This document shows positions 14,351 through 25,699 of a stretch of 64,000 bases of DNA, one piece after another. A model generated the notes under the pieces. That model was not told the origin of the DNA. It searched no databases and was given only the letters and a program-made list of their open reading frames with translations. Location of the stretch: NCBI GenBank assembly GCA_963713125.1, contig CAVQKL010000012.1, forward strand, positions 65,628-129,627. Reading direction: 5' to 3'. A program made the translations under genes and the position numbers. The first letter of the stretch is position 1; each line of letters opens with the position of its first letter. The DNA comes from an uncultured beta proteobacterium. GTDB taxonomy: Bacteria > Pseudomonadota > Gammaproteobacteria > Burkholderiales > Casimicrobiaceae.

Positions 14351-15178
14351 GCCAGGCGCCGGTCGCGATCGAGAGCGCGCACCGGCCGCGGCAGCGGGCG
14401 GCGCCTCGATCGTCGGCCGCGGCGTCGGCAAGCAGTTCGCCGGCCAAGGGCGGCGTGTTCACCGCACTCGAGGACGTGTCGTTCGACATACGCGGCGGCG
14501 AATTCGTGAGCCTCATCGGCCCATCGGGTTGCGGCAAGAGCACGCTGATGCTGATCACGGCGGGACTCGATTCCCGCCAGCAGCGGCGAGCTCATCGTCG
14601 GCGGCGAGCGTGCTGCAGCGGCCGCTGACCGACGTCGGCATCGTCTTCCAGGATCACCTGCTGCTCGAGTTTCGCAGCGCGTTGGACAACGTGCTGCTGC
14701 AGGCGCAGATTCGCCGGTTGCCGCTCGCGGCGGCCCGCGCGCGAGGCGGCGCAGCATCCTGGGAAAGCTCGGCATTCCCGAGCTCGCGCGCGACCGCTAT
14801 CCGCGCCAATTGTCGGGTGGCATGCGGCAGCGGGTGTCGATCGCCCGCGCGCTGATCCACCAGCCGTCGATCCTGCTGATGGACGAGCCGTTCGGCGCGC
14901 TCGATGCGATCACGCGGACGCAGATCCGGCACGACCTCGAGCTCCTCTGGATGGAGACGCGCAAGACGGTGCTGTTCATCACCCACAGCATCGAAGAGGC
15001 GATCGGATTGTCCGACCGCGTGCTGGTGATGTCGCCGAATCCCGGCCGCATCGTCGACGAGATCGCGATCGACTTGCCGCGGCCGCGCCCGGCGGTGCTG
15101 GGCGAGGATGCGAGCTTCAACGCCTACGCCGAGCGCATCCACCGCGCGTTTCTGCGCATGGGCGTCATCAAGTACTGA
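14350..15178 (+). CDS. ABC transporter ATP-binding protein (SsuB/TauB-like), frame-disrupted
   Basis: ...[25 protein letters not shown]...[29 protein letters not shown]...[88 protein letters not shown]. Confidence 0.8.
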
Positions 15179-15182
15179 TCGC

Positions 15183-16077
15183 GTGCGGACGCTCGTCACC
15201 GGAGGCGCCGGCTTCCTCGGTCACGCGTTGACCTTGCGCGCGCGCGGCGCCGGGCACGAGGTCACGACCGTCGATCTTGCCGGCGATGCCGACATTCGGT
15301 GCGATGTCGCCGATGTCGACCGCGCTGGCGGCCGCGATGGCGAAGGCGAGGCCCGAAGTCGTCGTGCATCTCGCGGCCTTGCTGACCGATGCGGCGGCCG
15401 AGAACCCGCTGGCCGCGGCCCGCGTCAACGTCGTCGGCACGGCGCGGTGTTCGCGGCGGCGCGCGCGGCAGCGGCGCGGCGCGTCGTCTTCGCGAGCTCG
15501 GTCGCCGCGGTCGGCCCGTGCGCCGAAGGCAGCGGCGACGACGTCGCGCTGCGGCCGCAGACCGTATACGGCGCGACCAAGGCGGCCGGCGAGCATCTGG
15601 CACGCGCGCTCAGCGCCTTGCCCGGATACCCGGCGTTCGTCGCGCTGCGCTTCGGCTGGGTGTACGGCCCGGGACGAAAGCGCGGCTGGCGCGTGGCGCA
15701 GGAAGTGGTCGAACGCTTCGCCCGCGGCGATGCGCGCGTCGCCTTCCCCGACTTTGCCGAACCGATCGACTGGACCTACGTCGATGACGCCGCGGAAGTA
15801 CTGTTGCGCGCGATCGCGGCGCCGCTGCCGCGGTACGCGGCGTTCAACGTCGTCGGCGACCGGCGCACGATGCGCGACGCGGTGGCGCATCTGCAGCGAC
15901 GTTATCCGGGCGTGCAGGTCGAGCCGCAGCCGGTCAGCGTGCCGGCCAGCGGCTGGGGCATGCGCAACGACGGTCTCGAGGCGGCGCTGGGTTTGCTGCC
16001 GGCGACGCGCCTGGAGGCGGGATCGACGCGATGCTGGCCGCGCTGGCCCGCGAGGGCCCGGTCGGCGCAACGCTTTA
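15183..16077 (+). CDS. NAD-dependent epimerase/dehydratase family protein (GTG start), frame-disrupted
   Basis: VRTLVTGGAGFLGHALTLRARGAGHEVTTVDL (Rossmann GxxGxxG); ...VVFASSVAAVGPCAEGSGDDVALRPQTVYGATKAAGEHLARAL (YxxxK catalytic motif); ...WTYVDDAAEVLLRAI. Confidence 0.75.
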
Positions 16078-16140
16078 GCTTTAGCGCCCGCCGCGCGCGC
16101 CGGCAATGCCCGCCCGGCGCGGCCGCTGATCGCTGCGCCG

Positions 16141-16827
16141 CTACGGCGCCTTCGAGCGCGGGTGCTGCAGCTGGTAGATCGACGTATCGATCGCCGGCGC
16201 CGATGCGCCCAGGAATGCGCGCAAATCGCTCGGCCAGCGATTCGCCGGCGTCGCGCACGTCGGCTTCCGACGTGCCCTCGATCAGCCCGATCCAGCCGGG
16301 AATCGCGGTCGCATCGGTGCGAGCTCTTTTTTCCGCGGTCTCGATCCGGCTGATCGCTTCGTCGGCGAGGCAAAGATGCACGCCGGCGATGCCCTTGCGC
16401 GCTTCGAGCGGCGGCAGCAGGCGCTTGCACAGCGCTCTCGCTCGTCAGGGCACGATCGGCGGCAGCGACGTCGAAGCGTTGCGTCAGCATGAAGCCTCCC
16501 TGGCCGACGCCTTCGCTGTAGGCGACGCGGCAGATCGAGCGCGAGATGCGGCGAAACGATGGCACGACTCTCCGGGTCCATGCGGTCGGGAGCGTTCAAC
16601 CGGTCGAGATAGTCCTTGCCGCCCAGCACGTCCGCAGTCTCGGCTTCGTACAGGTTGAAGTACGCGGGCGCGCCGGCCACCGCGATGTAGCGCCTGCCGC
16701 GCAGGAAGCCGGGAATGCCGACGCGCTCGGGCATGTGCTCGCGGTTGTGCCACTGATAGAACTCGTCGGTGGCGTCAGGCGTGAGATCGTGCCAGATGCA
16801 TACCGCGCCGAGTCCCGCCAGGCTCAT
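16141..16827 (-). CDS. Hypothetical protein with two roughly 100-aa halves, possibly EthD-like or dimeric alpha/beta-barrel fold. Frame-disrupted.
   Basis: MSLAGLGAVCIWHDLTPDATDEFYQWHNREHMPERVGIPGFLRGRRYIAVAGAPAYFNLYEAETADVLGGKDYLDRLNAPD... then ...LHLCLADEAISRIETAEKRARTDATAIPGWIGLIEGTSEADVRDAGESLAERFA. The ATG overlaps the stop of the upstream hydratase (ATGA). Family assignment is uncertain. Confidence 0.45.
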
Positions 16828-17615
16828 CGCATCATGCCGCGGCAGAGAACTGGGCGTTCAGCGACGCCGAGGTCGCCATAGCGAACGACCAGCGCGGTGT
16901 CCAGCGGCACATCGACGACGCCGCAATACGAGCCGGTCGTGACGACCTGTCCCGCCTTGAGCCATACGCCCTCGCCGTAACCGCCGCCGGCAAGAAAATT
17001 GGCGAGCCAGTACAGCGGCCGCAGCGGATGTCCGTCCGGATGCTTGCCGTCGCGCGTGAGCAGCGTCCCGTCGGCGCCGTCGATGACGATGGGGAACGCG
17101 TCGAGAGGGAGTCCATGCGGATTGGAGATCAACGGACCGACGAACAGTCCCTGGTTGGCGATGCTGTCGGCCAGGAGCTCGGGAAACGTGATCGCCGACG
17201 GGTCGGCATAGCGCGGCCCCATGAGCTCCAGCACCAGTCTCGTTTCGCCGATGGCAGCGCGCACGTCGGCCTCGTCGTACGGCGCCGCGCGCGCCGGCAG
17301 GTCGCGCGCCAGGACGAACGCGATTTCGGGCTCGACGCGCGCCTTGCCGGCGATCGGAACGATCGGACACGGCGCCACGCTGTCGATCGTCGGTGCAAAA
17401 ATCGGCGCCGCGGCGATCTTGCGTTCGGATGTCGGCGCCGAGCATTTCCAGCCGCCGATGGGGAGCCCCAGCATTTCCCCGACCCGGCGCTGGATGGCGA
17501 GGCCCGCGTCGGCATCCATGGGCCGGCACGAGGCGGGAAGCCGCTCGCCGGGGCGGCGCGCAGTCCGGGCGGCGACGAGCTGCAGCGCGGCGGCTTGGAT
17601 CGATGATGGGTCCAT
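16826..17615 (-). CDS. 2-keto-4-pentenoate hydratase / 2-oxo-hept-4-ene-1,7-dioate hydratase family (MhpD/HpcG-like)
   Basis: MDPSSIQAAALQLVAARTARRPGERLPASCRPMDADAGLAIQRRVGEMLGLPIGGWKCS...PEIAFVLARDLPARAAPYDEADVRAAIGETRLVLELMGPRYADPSAITFPELLADSIANQGLFVGP...VWLKAGQVVTTGSYCGVVDV. Confidence 0.7.
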
Positions 17616-17759
17616 CGGCGGGATCTTTCGCAATGATGGGTCGTGGCGCGCCCCGGTCGGCGGGCGCTTCCCATCGTATAATTGGGCGCACAGCGCGTGT
17701 CAACCCGGTGTCCCGCCGTTTGGCCGATCGCGCCTGTTCAATTTGCTTGCGGTGCTTCC

Positions 17760-18528
17760 ATGGTCAATTACGATTTCACCGGTCGCACGGCGATCATCAC
17801 CGGTGGCGCCGGAGGTTTTGGGCGTGCCATCGCCGCGCGGCTGCATGCGTCCGGCGCGGCGGTCGCGCTGTGGGACGTCGACGCCGCCGGCGTCGACGCC
17901 GCCGCGCGGGTGCTCGGCGAGCGCGCGCTCGGCCTCGCCGTCGATACCACCGACGAAGCGCGCCGTCACGACCGCCGCCCGCGAGGTGCTGGAGCGCTTC
18001 GGCCGCATCGACTTCCTGATCAACAACGCCGGGATCCTCGGCCCGGTATCCAATACATGGGAGCACAGCACCGACGATTTTCGCCGCGTGCTGGACATCA
18101 ATCTGACCGGAACCTTCATCTGCTGCCGCGTCGTCGTCCCGCTGCTGCTCGCCAATACGCCCGACCCGAAGACCGGCCAGCGGGGGCACATCGTCAACGT
18201 CTCGTCGATCCAGGCGAAGGAGGGCATGCCGCGCGCTGCCGCCTATGCCGCGTCGAAGGCGGGCATCGTGTCGCTGACCAAGACGCTGGGCAAGGAGCTC
18301 GCCGAATCGGGCATCCCCGTGAACACGGTGACGCCGTCGATCGTGGCGACGCCGATGACGCGCGGAATCACGCCGGAGCGCGAGAAGGAGATCGTCGCCC
18401 GTATCCCGATGCGGCGCTTCGGCACCGTCGAGGAGATCGCCGCGCAGATCGCGTGGCTATGCTCGGAGGACTGCTCGTTCGCCACCGGCGCGATCTTCGA
18501 TCTTTCCGGCGGCCGCGCGACGTACTAG
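17760..18528 (+). CDS. SDR-family oxidoreductase (3-oxoacyl-ACP reductase-like), one frameshift
   Basis: MVNYDFTGRTAIITGGAGGFGRAIAARLHASGAAVALWDVD...FLINNAGILGPVSNTWEHSTDDFRRVLDINLTGTFICCRVVVPLL...HIVNVSSIQAKEGMPRAAAYAASKAGIVSLTKTLGKELAESGIPVNTVTPSIVATPM...FATGAIFDLSGGRATY. Confidence 0.8.
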
Positions 18529-18568
18529 CGTGATGAATCGCAAGTTCGTTGCGTAACTCTTCGTCGTT

Positions 18569-18611
18569 CCAGTGACTTTCAAAGACACTGGGTTCCCGCC
18601 TTCGCGGGAAC
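18569..18611. terminator. Two adjacent GC-rich hairpins between the convergent SDR(+) and hslU(-) genes. Candidate bidirectional terminators.
   Basis: CCAGTG-ACTTTCAAAGA-CACTGG (18569-18591) followed by GTTCCCGC-CTTC-GCGGGAAC (18592-18611), in a locally lower-GC intergenic island 18530-18700. No clear U-tract. Confidence 0.35.
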
Positions 18612-18705
18612 GACGACGTGCAGGTATGTCACGAATTTCAGACTCACGACACTACCGGCGGCCGAGTCATACGGTTCCGGGCCGCGGCGAGCAAGAGGGG
18701 CGGCG

Positions 18706-20034
18706 TCACAGGATGTATTGCGCCAGGTTGTCGTCCTTGACGATCCCGGCAAGCCGCTCGTCGACGTACGCGGCATCGATGGTGATCGTGCGGCCGTCGA
18801 GCTTGGCGGCGTTGAACGATACGTCGTCCAGCAGCCGTTCCATCACCGTGTACAGGCGCCGCGCGCCGATGTTCTCCTGCCTTTCGTTCACCGCGTAGGC
18901 GATTTCGGCGAGCCGGCGGATCCCGTCCGGCTGGAAATCGACCTCGACGTGCTCGGTGGCGAGCAGCGCCTGGTACTGCCGCGTCAGGCAGGCGTCGGTG
19001 GCGGTGAGGATCTGCTCGAAATCGTCGACCGACAGCGAAGCGAGCTCGACGCGGATCGGAAACCGCCCCTGCAGCTCGGGGATCAGGTCCGACGGCTTGG
19101 ACAGGTGAAAAGCACCGCTGGCGATGAACAGGATGTGGTCGGTCTTGATCATGCCGTACTTGGTCGCGACCGTCGTGCCCTCGACCAGCGGCAGGAGATC
19201 GCGCTGCACGCCCTGGCGCGAGACGTCGGCGCCGTGCATTTCCTGGCGGCTGGCGATCTTGTCGATCTCGTCGAGGAACACGATGCCGTTCTGCTCGACG
19301 TTGTTGAGCGCCTTGGTCTTGAGCTCGTCGTCGTTGATCAGCTTGCCGGCTTCCTCGTCGATCAGCGCCTTGAGCGCGTCGGCGACGCTCATTTTCTTGA
19401 CCTTGCGCTTGCCGCCGGACATCTGCTGGAACATGCCCTGGATCTGGCTCGTCAGGTCCTCCATGCCGGGCGGCGCGAGAATTTCCATCTGCGCGGGCAG
19501 CGCCGCGACTTCGACCTCGACTTCCTTGTCATCGAGCTTGCCCTCGCGCAGCATCTTGCGGAACTTCTGGCGCGCGGCCGAATCGGTCGGCTGCATGTCG
19601 TGGAAATTCACCTCGCGCGCCGGCGGCAGCAGCGCGTCGAGCACGCGCTCCTCGGCGGCGTCGGCGGCGCGATCGCGCACCTTGCGCGCCTCCGACTCCC
19701 GGGTCTGCTTGATCGCAGTCTCGGCGAGATCGCGGATGATGGTGTCGACGTCGCGGCCGACGTACCCGACCTCGGTGAACTTGGTCGCCTCGACCTTGAT
19801 GAACGGCGCATCGGCGAGCTTGGCCAGCCGGCGCGCGATCTCGGTCTTGCCCACGCCGGTCGGTCCGATCATCAGGATGTTTTTCGGCGTGATCTCCTGC
19901 CGCAACGGATCGGCGACCTGCTGGCGCCGCCAGCGATTGCGCATGGCGATGGCGACCGCGCGCTTGGCATCGTCCTGGCCGACGATGTGCTTGTTCAGCT
20001 CGTGTACGATCTCCTGCGGGGTCATCGACGACAT
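18706..20034 (-). CDS. hslU: ATP-dependent protease ATPase subunit HslU, intact 442 aa
   Basis: Single uninterrupted [43 protein letters not shown]...[45 protein letters not shown]...[13 protein letters not shown]...LAQYIL. Walker A/B and sensor motifs present. No hslV gene lies upstream of it. Confidence 0.95.
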   Translation of the reverse strand: MSSMTPQEIVHELNKHIVGQDDAKRAVAIAMRNRWRRQQVADPLRQEITPKNILMIGPTGVGKTEIARRLAKLADAPFIKVEATKFTEVGYVGRDVDTIIRDLAETAIKQTRESEARKVRDRAADAAEERVLDALLPPAREVNFHDMQPTDSAARQKFRKMLREGKLDDKEVEVEVAALPAQMEILAPPGMEDLTSQIQGMFQQMSGGKRKVKKMSVADALKALIDEEAGKLINDDELKTKALNNVEQNGIVFLDEIDKIASRQEMHGADVSRQGVQRDLLPLVEGTTVATKYGMIKTDHILFIASGAFHLSKPSDLIPELQGRFPIRVELASLSVDDFEQILTATDACLTRQYQALLATEHVEVDFQPDGIRRLAEIAYAVNERQENIGARRLYTVMERLLDDVSFNAAKLDGRTITIDAAYVDERLAGIVKDDNLAQYIL

Positions 20035-20304
20035 GGCGATCTCGGGGTAATGCCGGGAAGCGGTCGCAGCGTGTGCAGCGGTCGTCCTATTCTACCGCGG
20101 GGCGCCTTGCGGCCCCCGATGCGCGAGCCGCGGTGGCCGGTGGAGCGAGCGGTGGCTCGCGTTGGCAACATCCGGCCCATCGCTTATCATTCGTCGAGCG
20201 AACCTTGGCGCGGCGCTGCCGCGGCGGAGTCGCCCACTGCGAGGAGATGCAATGCAACGTCCGGTGTGCTTGCGGTGATTTTTACACTCGCTGGCGGCGC
20301 GACC

Positions 20305-20862
20305 ATGCCGAACGCGGCGCTCCGCTCGTCGCTGCATGCGATCGGCCTGTCGCTTGCGATGCTCGCGCTGGCCGCCTGCGACACCCTCAAATTCCCCAAG
20401 ATGAGCGACATCGTTCCCGCCACCGGCAACCAGGCGGTGGCCCAGCTCGTGGCCAAGAACAGCAGCGGCACCTACGGCACCGTCATGTTCACCCAGCGCG
20501 GCGACAAGGTGGCGGTTCTGGCGCAGGTGTTCAATCTCGCCGGGGGGCCGCACAGCCTCTACATCCACGAGACCGGCAACTGCAGCTCGCCGAACGCCGC
20601 CAGCGCAGGGCCGGTGTGGAACGCCAAGGGCGCGCCGCCCGGCGCGCGCCGCTCGGGACAATTGCCGAATATCGTCGTGCGGCACGAGGAGAACTGCGAG
20701 CCTCGAGGTCCAGGTCGCCGGGTCTGTCGGTCGGCACCGGAGCGGCGAACGACGTCATCGGGCATTCGGTCGTCGTGCACGGCAAGGTCGATCCCGATCC
20801 CAAGCCCGAATTCGGCGTGCGCCAACGACTGGCTCGCCTGCGGCGTCATCGAACGATTCTGA
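20305..20862 (+). CDS. sodC: Periplasmic Cu/Zn superoxide dismutase (lipoprotein-type SodC), frame-disrupted
   Basis: MPNAALRSSLHAIGLSLAMLALAACD (lipobox)...GTYGTVMFTQRGDKVAVLAQVFNLAGGPHSLYIHETGNCSSPNAASAGPVWN...GHSVVVHGKVDPDPKPEFG...NDWLACGVIERF. SodC His/Cu ligands and the C-terminal ACGVI are present. Confidence 0.75.
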   Translation: MPNAALRSSLHAIGLSLAMLALAACDTLKFPKMSDIVPATGNQAVAQLVAKNSSGTYGTVMFTQRGDKVAVLAQVFNLAGGPHSLYIHETGNCSSPNAASAGPVWNAKGAPPGARRSGQLPNIVVRHEENCEPRGPGRRVCRSAPERRTTSSGIRSSCTARSIPIPSPNSACANDWLACGVIERF

Positions 20863-20927
20863 CCACCGCTGCGTGACTGCAGCGCGCGGCTCGCCGCGAC
20901 GCGCACCATCAATCGACAAGGACGGTC

Positions 20928-21720
20928 ATGGGATTTCTCGCCGGCAAGAAAATCCTGATCACGGGCTTGCTGTCCAACCGCTCGATCGCCTACGGCATCG
21001 CGCATGCCTGCCAGCGCGAAGGCGCGGTGCTCGCGTTCACCTACGTCAACGACGAGCTGAAGGACCGCGTCGTCAAGCTGGCCGCGGATTTCGGCGGCGC
21101 GCCGGTGCTGCCCTGCGACGTGACGCACGACGACCAGATCGCCGCGCTGTTCGATGCGGCTCGGCGCGCGAATGGGGCGGGCTGGACGGCTTGCTGCATT
21201 CGATCGCGTTCGCGCCGCGCGAGGCGCTGGCCGGCGACTTCCTCAACGCGCATGTCGCGCCAGGCATTCGCCATCGCGCACGACGTGAGCTCGTACAGCT
21301 TCGCCGCGCTGGCCAAGGGCGCGCGGCCGCTGATGCAGGGACGGCAGGGCGCGCTTGCTGACGCTGACCTATCTCGGCGCGGTGCGCGCGCTGCCGAACT
21401 ACAACGTGATGGGGCTGGCCAAGGCGAGCCTCGAGGCCAACGTGCGCTATCTCGCGCAATGCCTGGGCCCGGAGGGCATCCGCGTCAACGCCATTTCGGC
21501 CGGGCCGATCAAGACGCTCGCCGCGGCCGGCATCGGCGGCTTCTCGAAGATCCTGCATTTCGTCGCGAAGACCGCGCCGTTGCGGCGCAATGTCACGATC
21601 GAGGAAGTCGGCAACGTCGCGGCATTTCTGCTGTCCGACCTCGCCAGCGCGGTCACCGGCGAGATCACCTACGTCGACTGCGGATTTTCGACAGTCGCCG
21701 CGGGCATGGGCGAGGAGTGA
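20928..21720 (+). CDS. fabI: Enoyl-[acyl-carrier-protein] reductase (NADH) FabI, two frame disruptions
   Basis: [75 protein letters not shown]...[24 protein letters not shown]...[59 protein letters not shown]...[10 protein letters not shown]. Confidence 0.9.
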
Positions 21721-21847
21721 GCGCGATTCGCGAGCGATCGCCAGCCGCTCGCGACGCTTGTCCGCGCGATGGCGCGCGATGGCGGTGAACCTGCACGCTG
21801 CGCCCGAATCTGCTGGCGCCACCGCGTCTGAAGGACCGTTACGACGC

Positions 21848-23440
21848 GGTCATCATCGGCGGCGGCCACAACGGCCTGGTCTGCGCCTGCTATCTCGCCG
21901 GCGCCGGATTGTAGGTCGCCGTGCTCGAGCGGCGCGGCATCGTCGGCGGCGCCGCGGTGACCGAGGAATTCCATCCCGGGCTTCCGCAATTCGACCGCGA
22001 GCTACACGGTCAGCCTGCTGCATCCGAAGGTGATCCACGAGCTGTGCCTGAAGGAGCACGGCCTGAAGATCGTCGAGCGGCCGATGGCGAATTTCCTGCC
22101 GCTGCCGGGCGGCGAGTATCTGAAGGTCGGCGGCGCGACCATCGACGGACGCGGCGGAACGCAGGCCGAAGTCGCGCGCTTCTCGCGCAAGGACGCCGAC
22201 GGCGCTGCCGGCGTACTACGCGATGCTCGAGCGGGTCGCCGACGTGCTGCGCGCGCTGCTGCTGGAGACGCCGCCCAACGTCGGCGGCGGCGTGCACGAG
22301 TTGTTCCAGGCGTGGAAGGTCGGCGGGCAAGCTCAAGCGCCTGCCGATGGCGGAGCGCCGCGACGTGCTCGACCTGTTCACCAAGAGCGCGGGCGACATG
22401 CTCGACCGCTGGTTCGAGTCCGACCCGATCAAGGCGGCGTTCGGCTTCGACGCGGTCGTCGGCAACTTCGCGAGCCCGTACACGCCGGGCTCGGCGTACG
22501 TGCTGCTGCACCATGTCTTCGGCGAGGTCAACGGCAAGCGCGGGCAGTGGGGCCACGCGCTCGGCGGCATGGGCGCGATCACGCAGGCGATGGCGCGCGA
22601 AGCGGTCGCGCGCGGCGTCGAGATCTTCACCGACGAGCCGGTCGCGCGCGTGCTGACCGAGGGCGGCAGCGCGGTCGGCATCGTGCTCGCCGATGGCAGC
22701 GAGATCGCCGCGCAACGCGTCGTCGCCAACGTCAATCCGAAGCTGCTGTACCTGCAGCTGATCGACGCCGGCGGCGCTCGACGGCGACTTCCGGCAGCGC
22801 ATCGAGAACTACCGCTGCGCCTCGGCGACGTTTCGCATGAACGTCGCGCTCGACGCCGTGCCCGACTTCAGCTGCCTGCCCGGCGACGGCGCGCACCTGC
22901 GCTCGGGCATCATCATCGCGCCGTCGCTGGCGTACATGGAGCGCGCCTATTTCGATGCGCGCCAGCGCGGCTGGTCGCGCGAGCCGATCGTCGAGATGCT
23001 GATCCCTTCGCTGGTCGATCGCGACGCTCGCGCCGCCGGGCAAGCACGTCGCGAGCCTGTTCTGCCAGCACGCCAATCCGACATTGCCGGACGGCGCGTC
23101 GTGGGACGCCGTCAGGGAAGAGGTCGCCGATCTGATGATCGCCACCGTCAATCGCCATGCGCCGAATTTCGCCGCCGAGCGTGATCGGCCGCCGCGTGCT
23201 GTCGCCGCTCGATCTCGAGCGCGAGTTCGGCCTGATCGGCGGCGACATCTTCCACGGCGCGCTGTCGCTCGACCAGCTGTTTTCGGCGCGGCCGGTGCTC
23301 GGTCACGGGCACTATCGCGGGCCGCTCAAGGGCTTGTACATGTGCGGCGCGGGCACGCATCCCGGCGGCGGCGTCACCGGCGTGCCCGGGCACAACGCGC
23401 GCGCGAAATTCTGCGCGACTTGCGCCGGCGCGCGCGCACG
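21848..23440 (+). CDS. Phytoene desaturase (CrtI)-family NAD(P)/FAD-dependent oxidoreductase, frame-disrupted
   Basis: [49 protein letters not shown] (dinucleotide-binding fold)...[68 protein letters not shown]...[23 protein letters not shown]. Both start and end are uncertain. Confidence 0.7.
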
Positions 23441-23524
23441 GCTGAATCGACCGCGGTCGGCGCGATGCGCAAAAGGCGACGCCCCGCGGCAAGCCGCGGG
23501 GCGTCAGAGGTGCTGCGCAATAAA

Positions 23525-23896
23525 GTCGAAGTCAGCCGATAAGCCGGGTTCTGTTACGGGACGCGCCGTGGCGCGCCCTATGGCCGTCATTCGTCTAGGC
23601 GCCGCGTTACCGCGGCGCTCGAGCCACCTACCCGCGGACTCGGCGAGCAGCGTCATCGTCCGCTTACTTGGTGTTGCTCCGGATGGAGGTTGCCGCGTTT
23701 CACCCGCTCCCGGCACGGTTTGACCCGAACCGGGGGCGACTCGTCTCTGTGGCCCTGTTCCTCGCCTTCATCGCCGCTCTCGCGAACGACTTATAGCGTC
23801 TGGGCGTTACCCAGCATCCTGCTCTGCGGAGCCCGGACTTTCCTCTGCCAGCGCGGGCTTGCACCCGGCGGACAGCGACGGTCTGGCCGACTTCGG
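23525..23896 (-). ncRNA. rnpB: RNase P RNA (bacterial type A)
   Basis: Reverse strand reads 5'-GAAGUCGGCCAGACCGUCGCUGUCCGCCGG...GGCAGAGGAAAGUCCGGGCUCCGCAGAGCAGG...ACAGAACCCGGCUUAUCGGCUGACUUC-3'. The universally conserved P4 strands GGAAAGUCCGGGCUCC and ACAGAACCCGGCUUA are present, and the 5'/3' ends pair as P1. The region is lower-GC and non-coding, immediately downstream of pyrC. Confidence 0.85.
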
Positions 23897-23904
23897 CGCG
23901 CAGT

Positions 23905-24958
23905 TTAGCACGTCGACAAGCGCTTTAGTCGGCGACGCGCCAGCGACAGCGTCTCGCCGGCGAGGAGCGGCACGACGGTGTCGGCGCCGAACGGATAGCT
24001 CGCCGGCACCGTCCACGGCTCGCGCTCGAGCGTGATCGTGTCGGCATTGCGCGGCAGGCCGTAGAAATCCGCGCCGTGGAAGCTGGCGAAGCCCTCGAGC
24101 TTGTCGAGCGCGCCGGCGGCATCGAATGCCTCGGCGTAGAGCTCGATCGCGAGCGGCGCCGAATAGCATCCGGCACAGCCGCAGGCGCTCTCCTTGGCAT
24201 GCCTCGCGTGCGGCGCCGAATCGGTGCCGAGAAAATATTTCGGGTTGCCGCCGGTCGCCGCGTCGACCAGCGCCTGGCGATGCGCTTCGCGCTTCAGCAC
24301 CGGCAGGCAGTAGGCGTGCGGGCGCAAACCGCCGGCGAACAGCGCGTTGCGCGACCACAGCAGGTGCTGCGGCGTGATCGTCGCGCCGACATGCGCCGGC
24401 GCGGCGGCGACGAACTGCGGCCGCCTCGCGCGTCGTGATGTGCTCGACGACGAGCCTCAGCGCGGGGAAGTCGCGCACGATGCGCGTCAGCACCCGTTCG
24501 ACGAATACGCGCTCGCGGTCGAACACGTCGACGTCCGGGTCGGTGACTTCGCCATGCACCAGCAGCGGCAGGCCGCGCTTTTCCATCGCCGCGAGCGCCG
24601 GATAGACGCGCGCGAGATCGGTGACGCCGGAATCCGAATTGGTCGTCGCGCCGGCCGGGTAGTACTTGACGCCGATGACGAAGCCCGGCGGCGCGCGCGC
24701 GCTCGATCTCGGCCGGCGTCGGTGTCGTCGGTCAGGTACAGCGTCATCAGCGGCGTGAAGCGCGATTCCGCGGGCAGCGCCGCGACGATGCGGTCGCGAT
24801 AGGCGGCGGCGGCCGCGACGGTGGTGACCGGCGGATCGAGATTCGGCATGACGACCGCGCGCCCGAAGACGCGGGCCGTCGCGCCGACGACCGAGCGCAT
24901 CGGCGTCGCCGTCGCGCAGGTGCAGGTGCCAGTCGTCGGGGCGGGTGATCGTCAGCAT
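23905..24958 (-). CDS. pyrC: Dihydroorotase (homodimeric class II PyrC), at least 3 frame disruptions
   Basis: [19 protein letters not shown]...[41 protein letters not shown]...[45 protein letters not shown]...[66 protein letters not shown]...[10 protein letters not shown]. Collinear with E. coli PyrC. Confidence 0.85.
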
Positions 24959-25226
24959 GTCGAAGGCACTGTTTTTGCATGCATTATACGGGGGCCGCCC
25001 GTGCGCCGGCCGGCGGCGGCCGAGGCCGTGGCGGTTGACCATGGCTTGCAGCGGCCGGTTCGCGATATAATGCGCGGTTTAGTGCGGCGGCCCATCGGCG
25101 CTCGATGCCCGGCTGCACGGGGCGCCGGTGGCAGGGCCGGCGGTGGCGCGCCGGATCGACGCCGTTCCGGGTCCGCGATCGCGAAGCGACCGAGGTGCAG
25201 CATAGGCAGGCAGGGAAGGTGGAAAC

Positions 25227-25665
25227 GTGGCAACAAAAAGCGTAGCGAAAAAGGTCAGGGTGCTGACCGAGCCGGATCTGCTCAAGGCGAGCGACAAGGA
25301 ATACATGAGCGAGGAGCAGCTGGCGTTCTTCCGCCAGCGGCTGCTCGAGCTTCGCGCGCAACTGCTGAACAACGCCGACGACACCGGCCAGCATCTGCGC
25401 GAGAACGAGGTGACGACCGACCCGTCGGATCGCGCGACGCTCGAAGAGGAATACACGCTCGAGCTGCGCACGCGCGACCGCGAGCGCAAGCTGCTCAAGA
25501 AGATCGAGAAGTCGCTGAAGATGATCGACGACGGCAGCCTACGGCTATTGCGAGGAGACCGGCGAGCCGATCGGCATCCCGCGCCTTCTGGCGCGGCCGA
25601 CGGCGACGCTGTCGCTCGAGGCGCAGGAGCGCCGCGAGCGCGTGCAGAAGCTCTACGGCGATTGA
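25227..25665 (+). CDS. dksA: RNA polymerase-binding transcription factor DksA (GTG start), frameshift within the C4 zinc-finger region
   Basis: VATKSVAKKVRVLTEPDLLKASDKEYMSEEQLAFFRQRLLELRAQLLNNADDTGQHLRENEVTTDPSDRATLEEEYTLELRTRDRERKLLKKIEKSLKMIDDGS, then YGYCEETGEPIGIPRLLARPTATLSLEAQERRERVQKLYGD in the adjacent frame. Confidence 0.85.
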
Positions 25666-25699
25666 GCGTTCAGCGCCGGCGCCGGCGGCGGCGGGCAGT

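Noticed and set aside
18530-18700. Lower-GC intergenic island checked for a tRNA or small RNA gene
   Set aside because: No T-loop (GTTCRANYC) or acceptor/anticodon stem arrangement was found. The structure is better explained as twin terminator hairpins between convergent genes.
23525-23905. Possibility that the lower-GC stretch downstream of pyrC encodes a small protein
   Set aside because: It contains both universally conserved RNase P RNA P4 strands and a P1-pairing 5'/3' end. It is non-coding in all frames, so it was assigned to rnpB.
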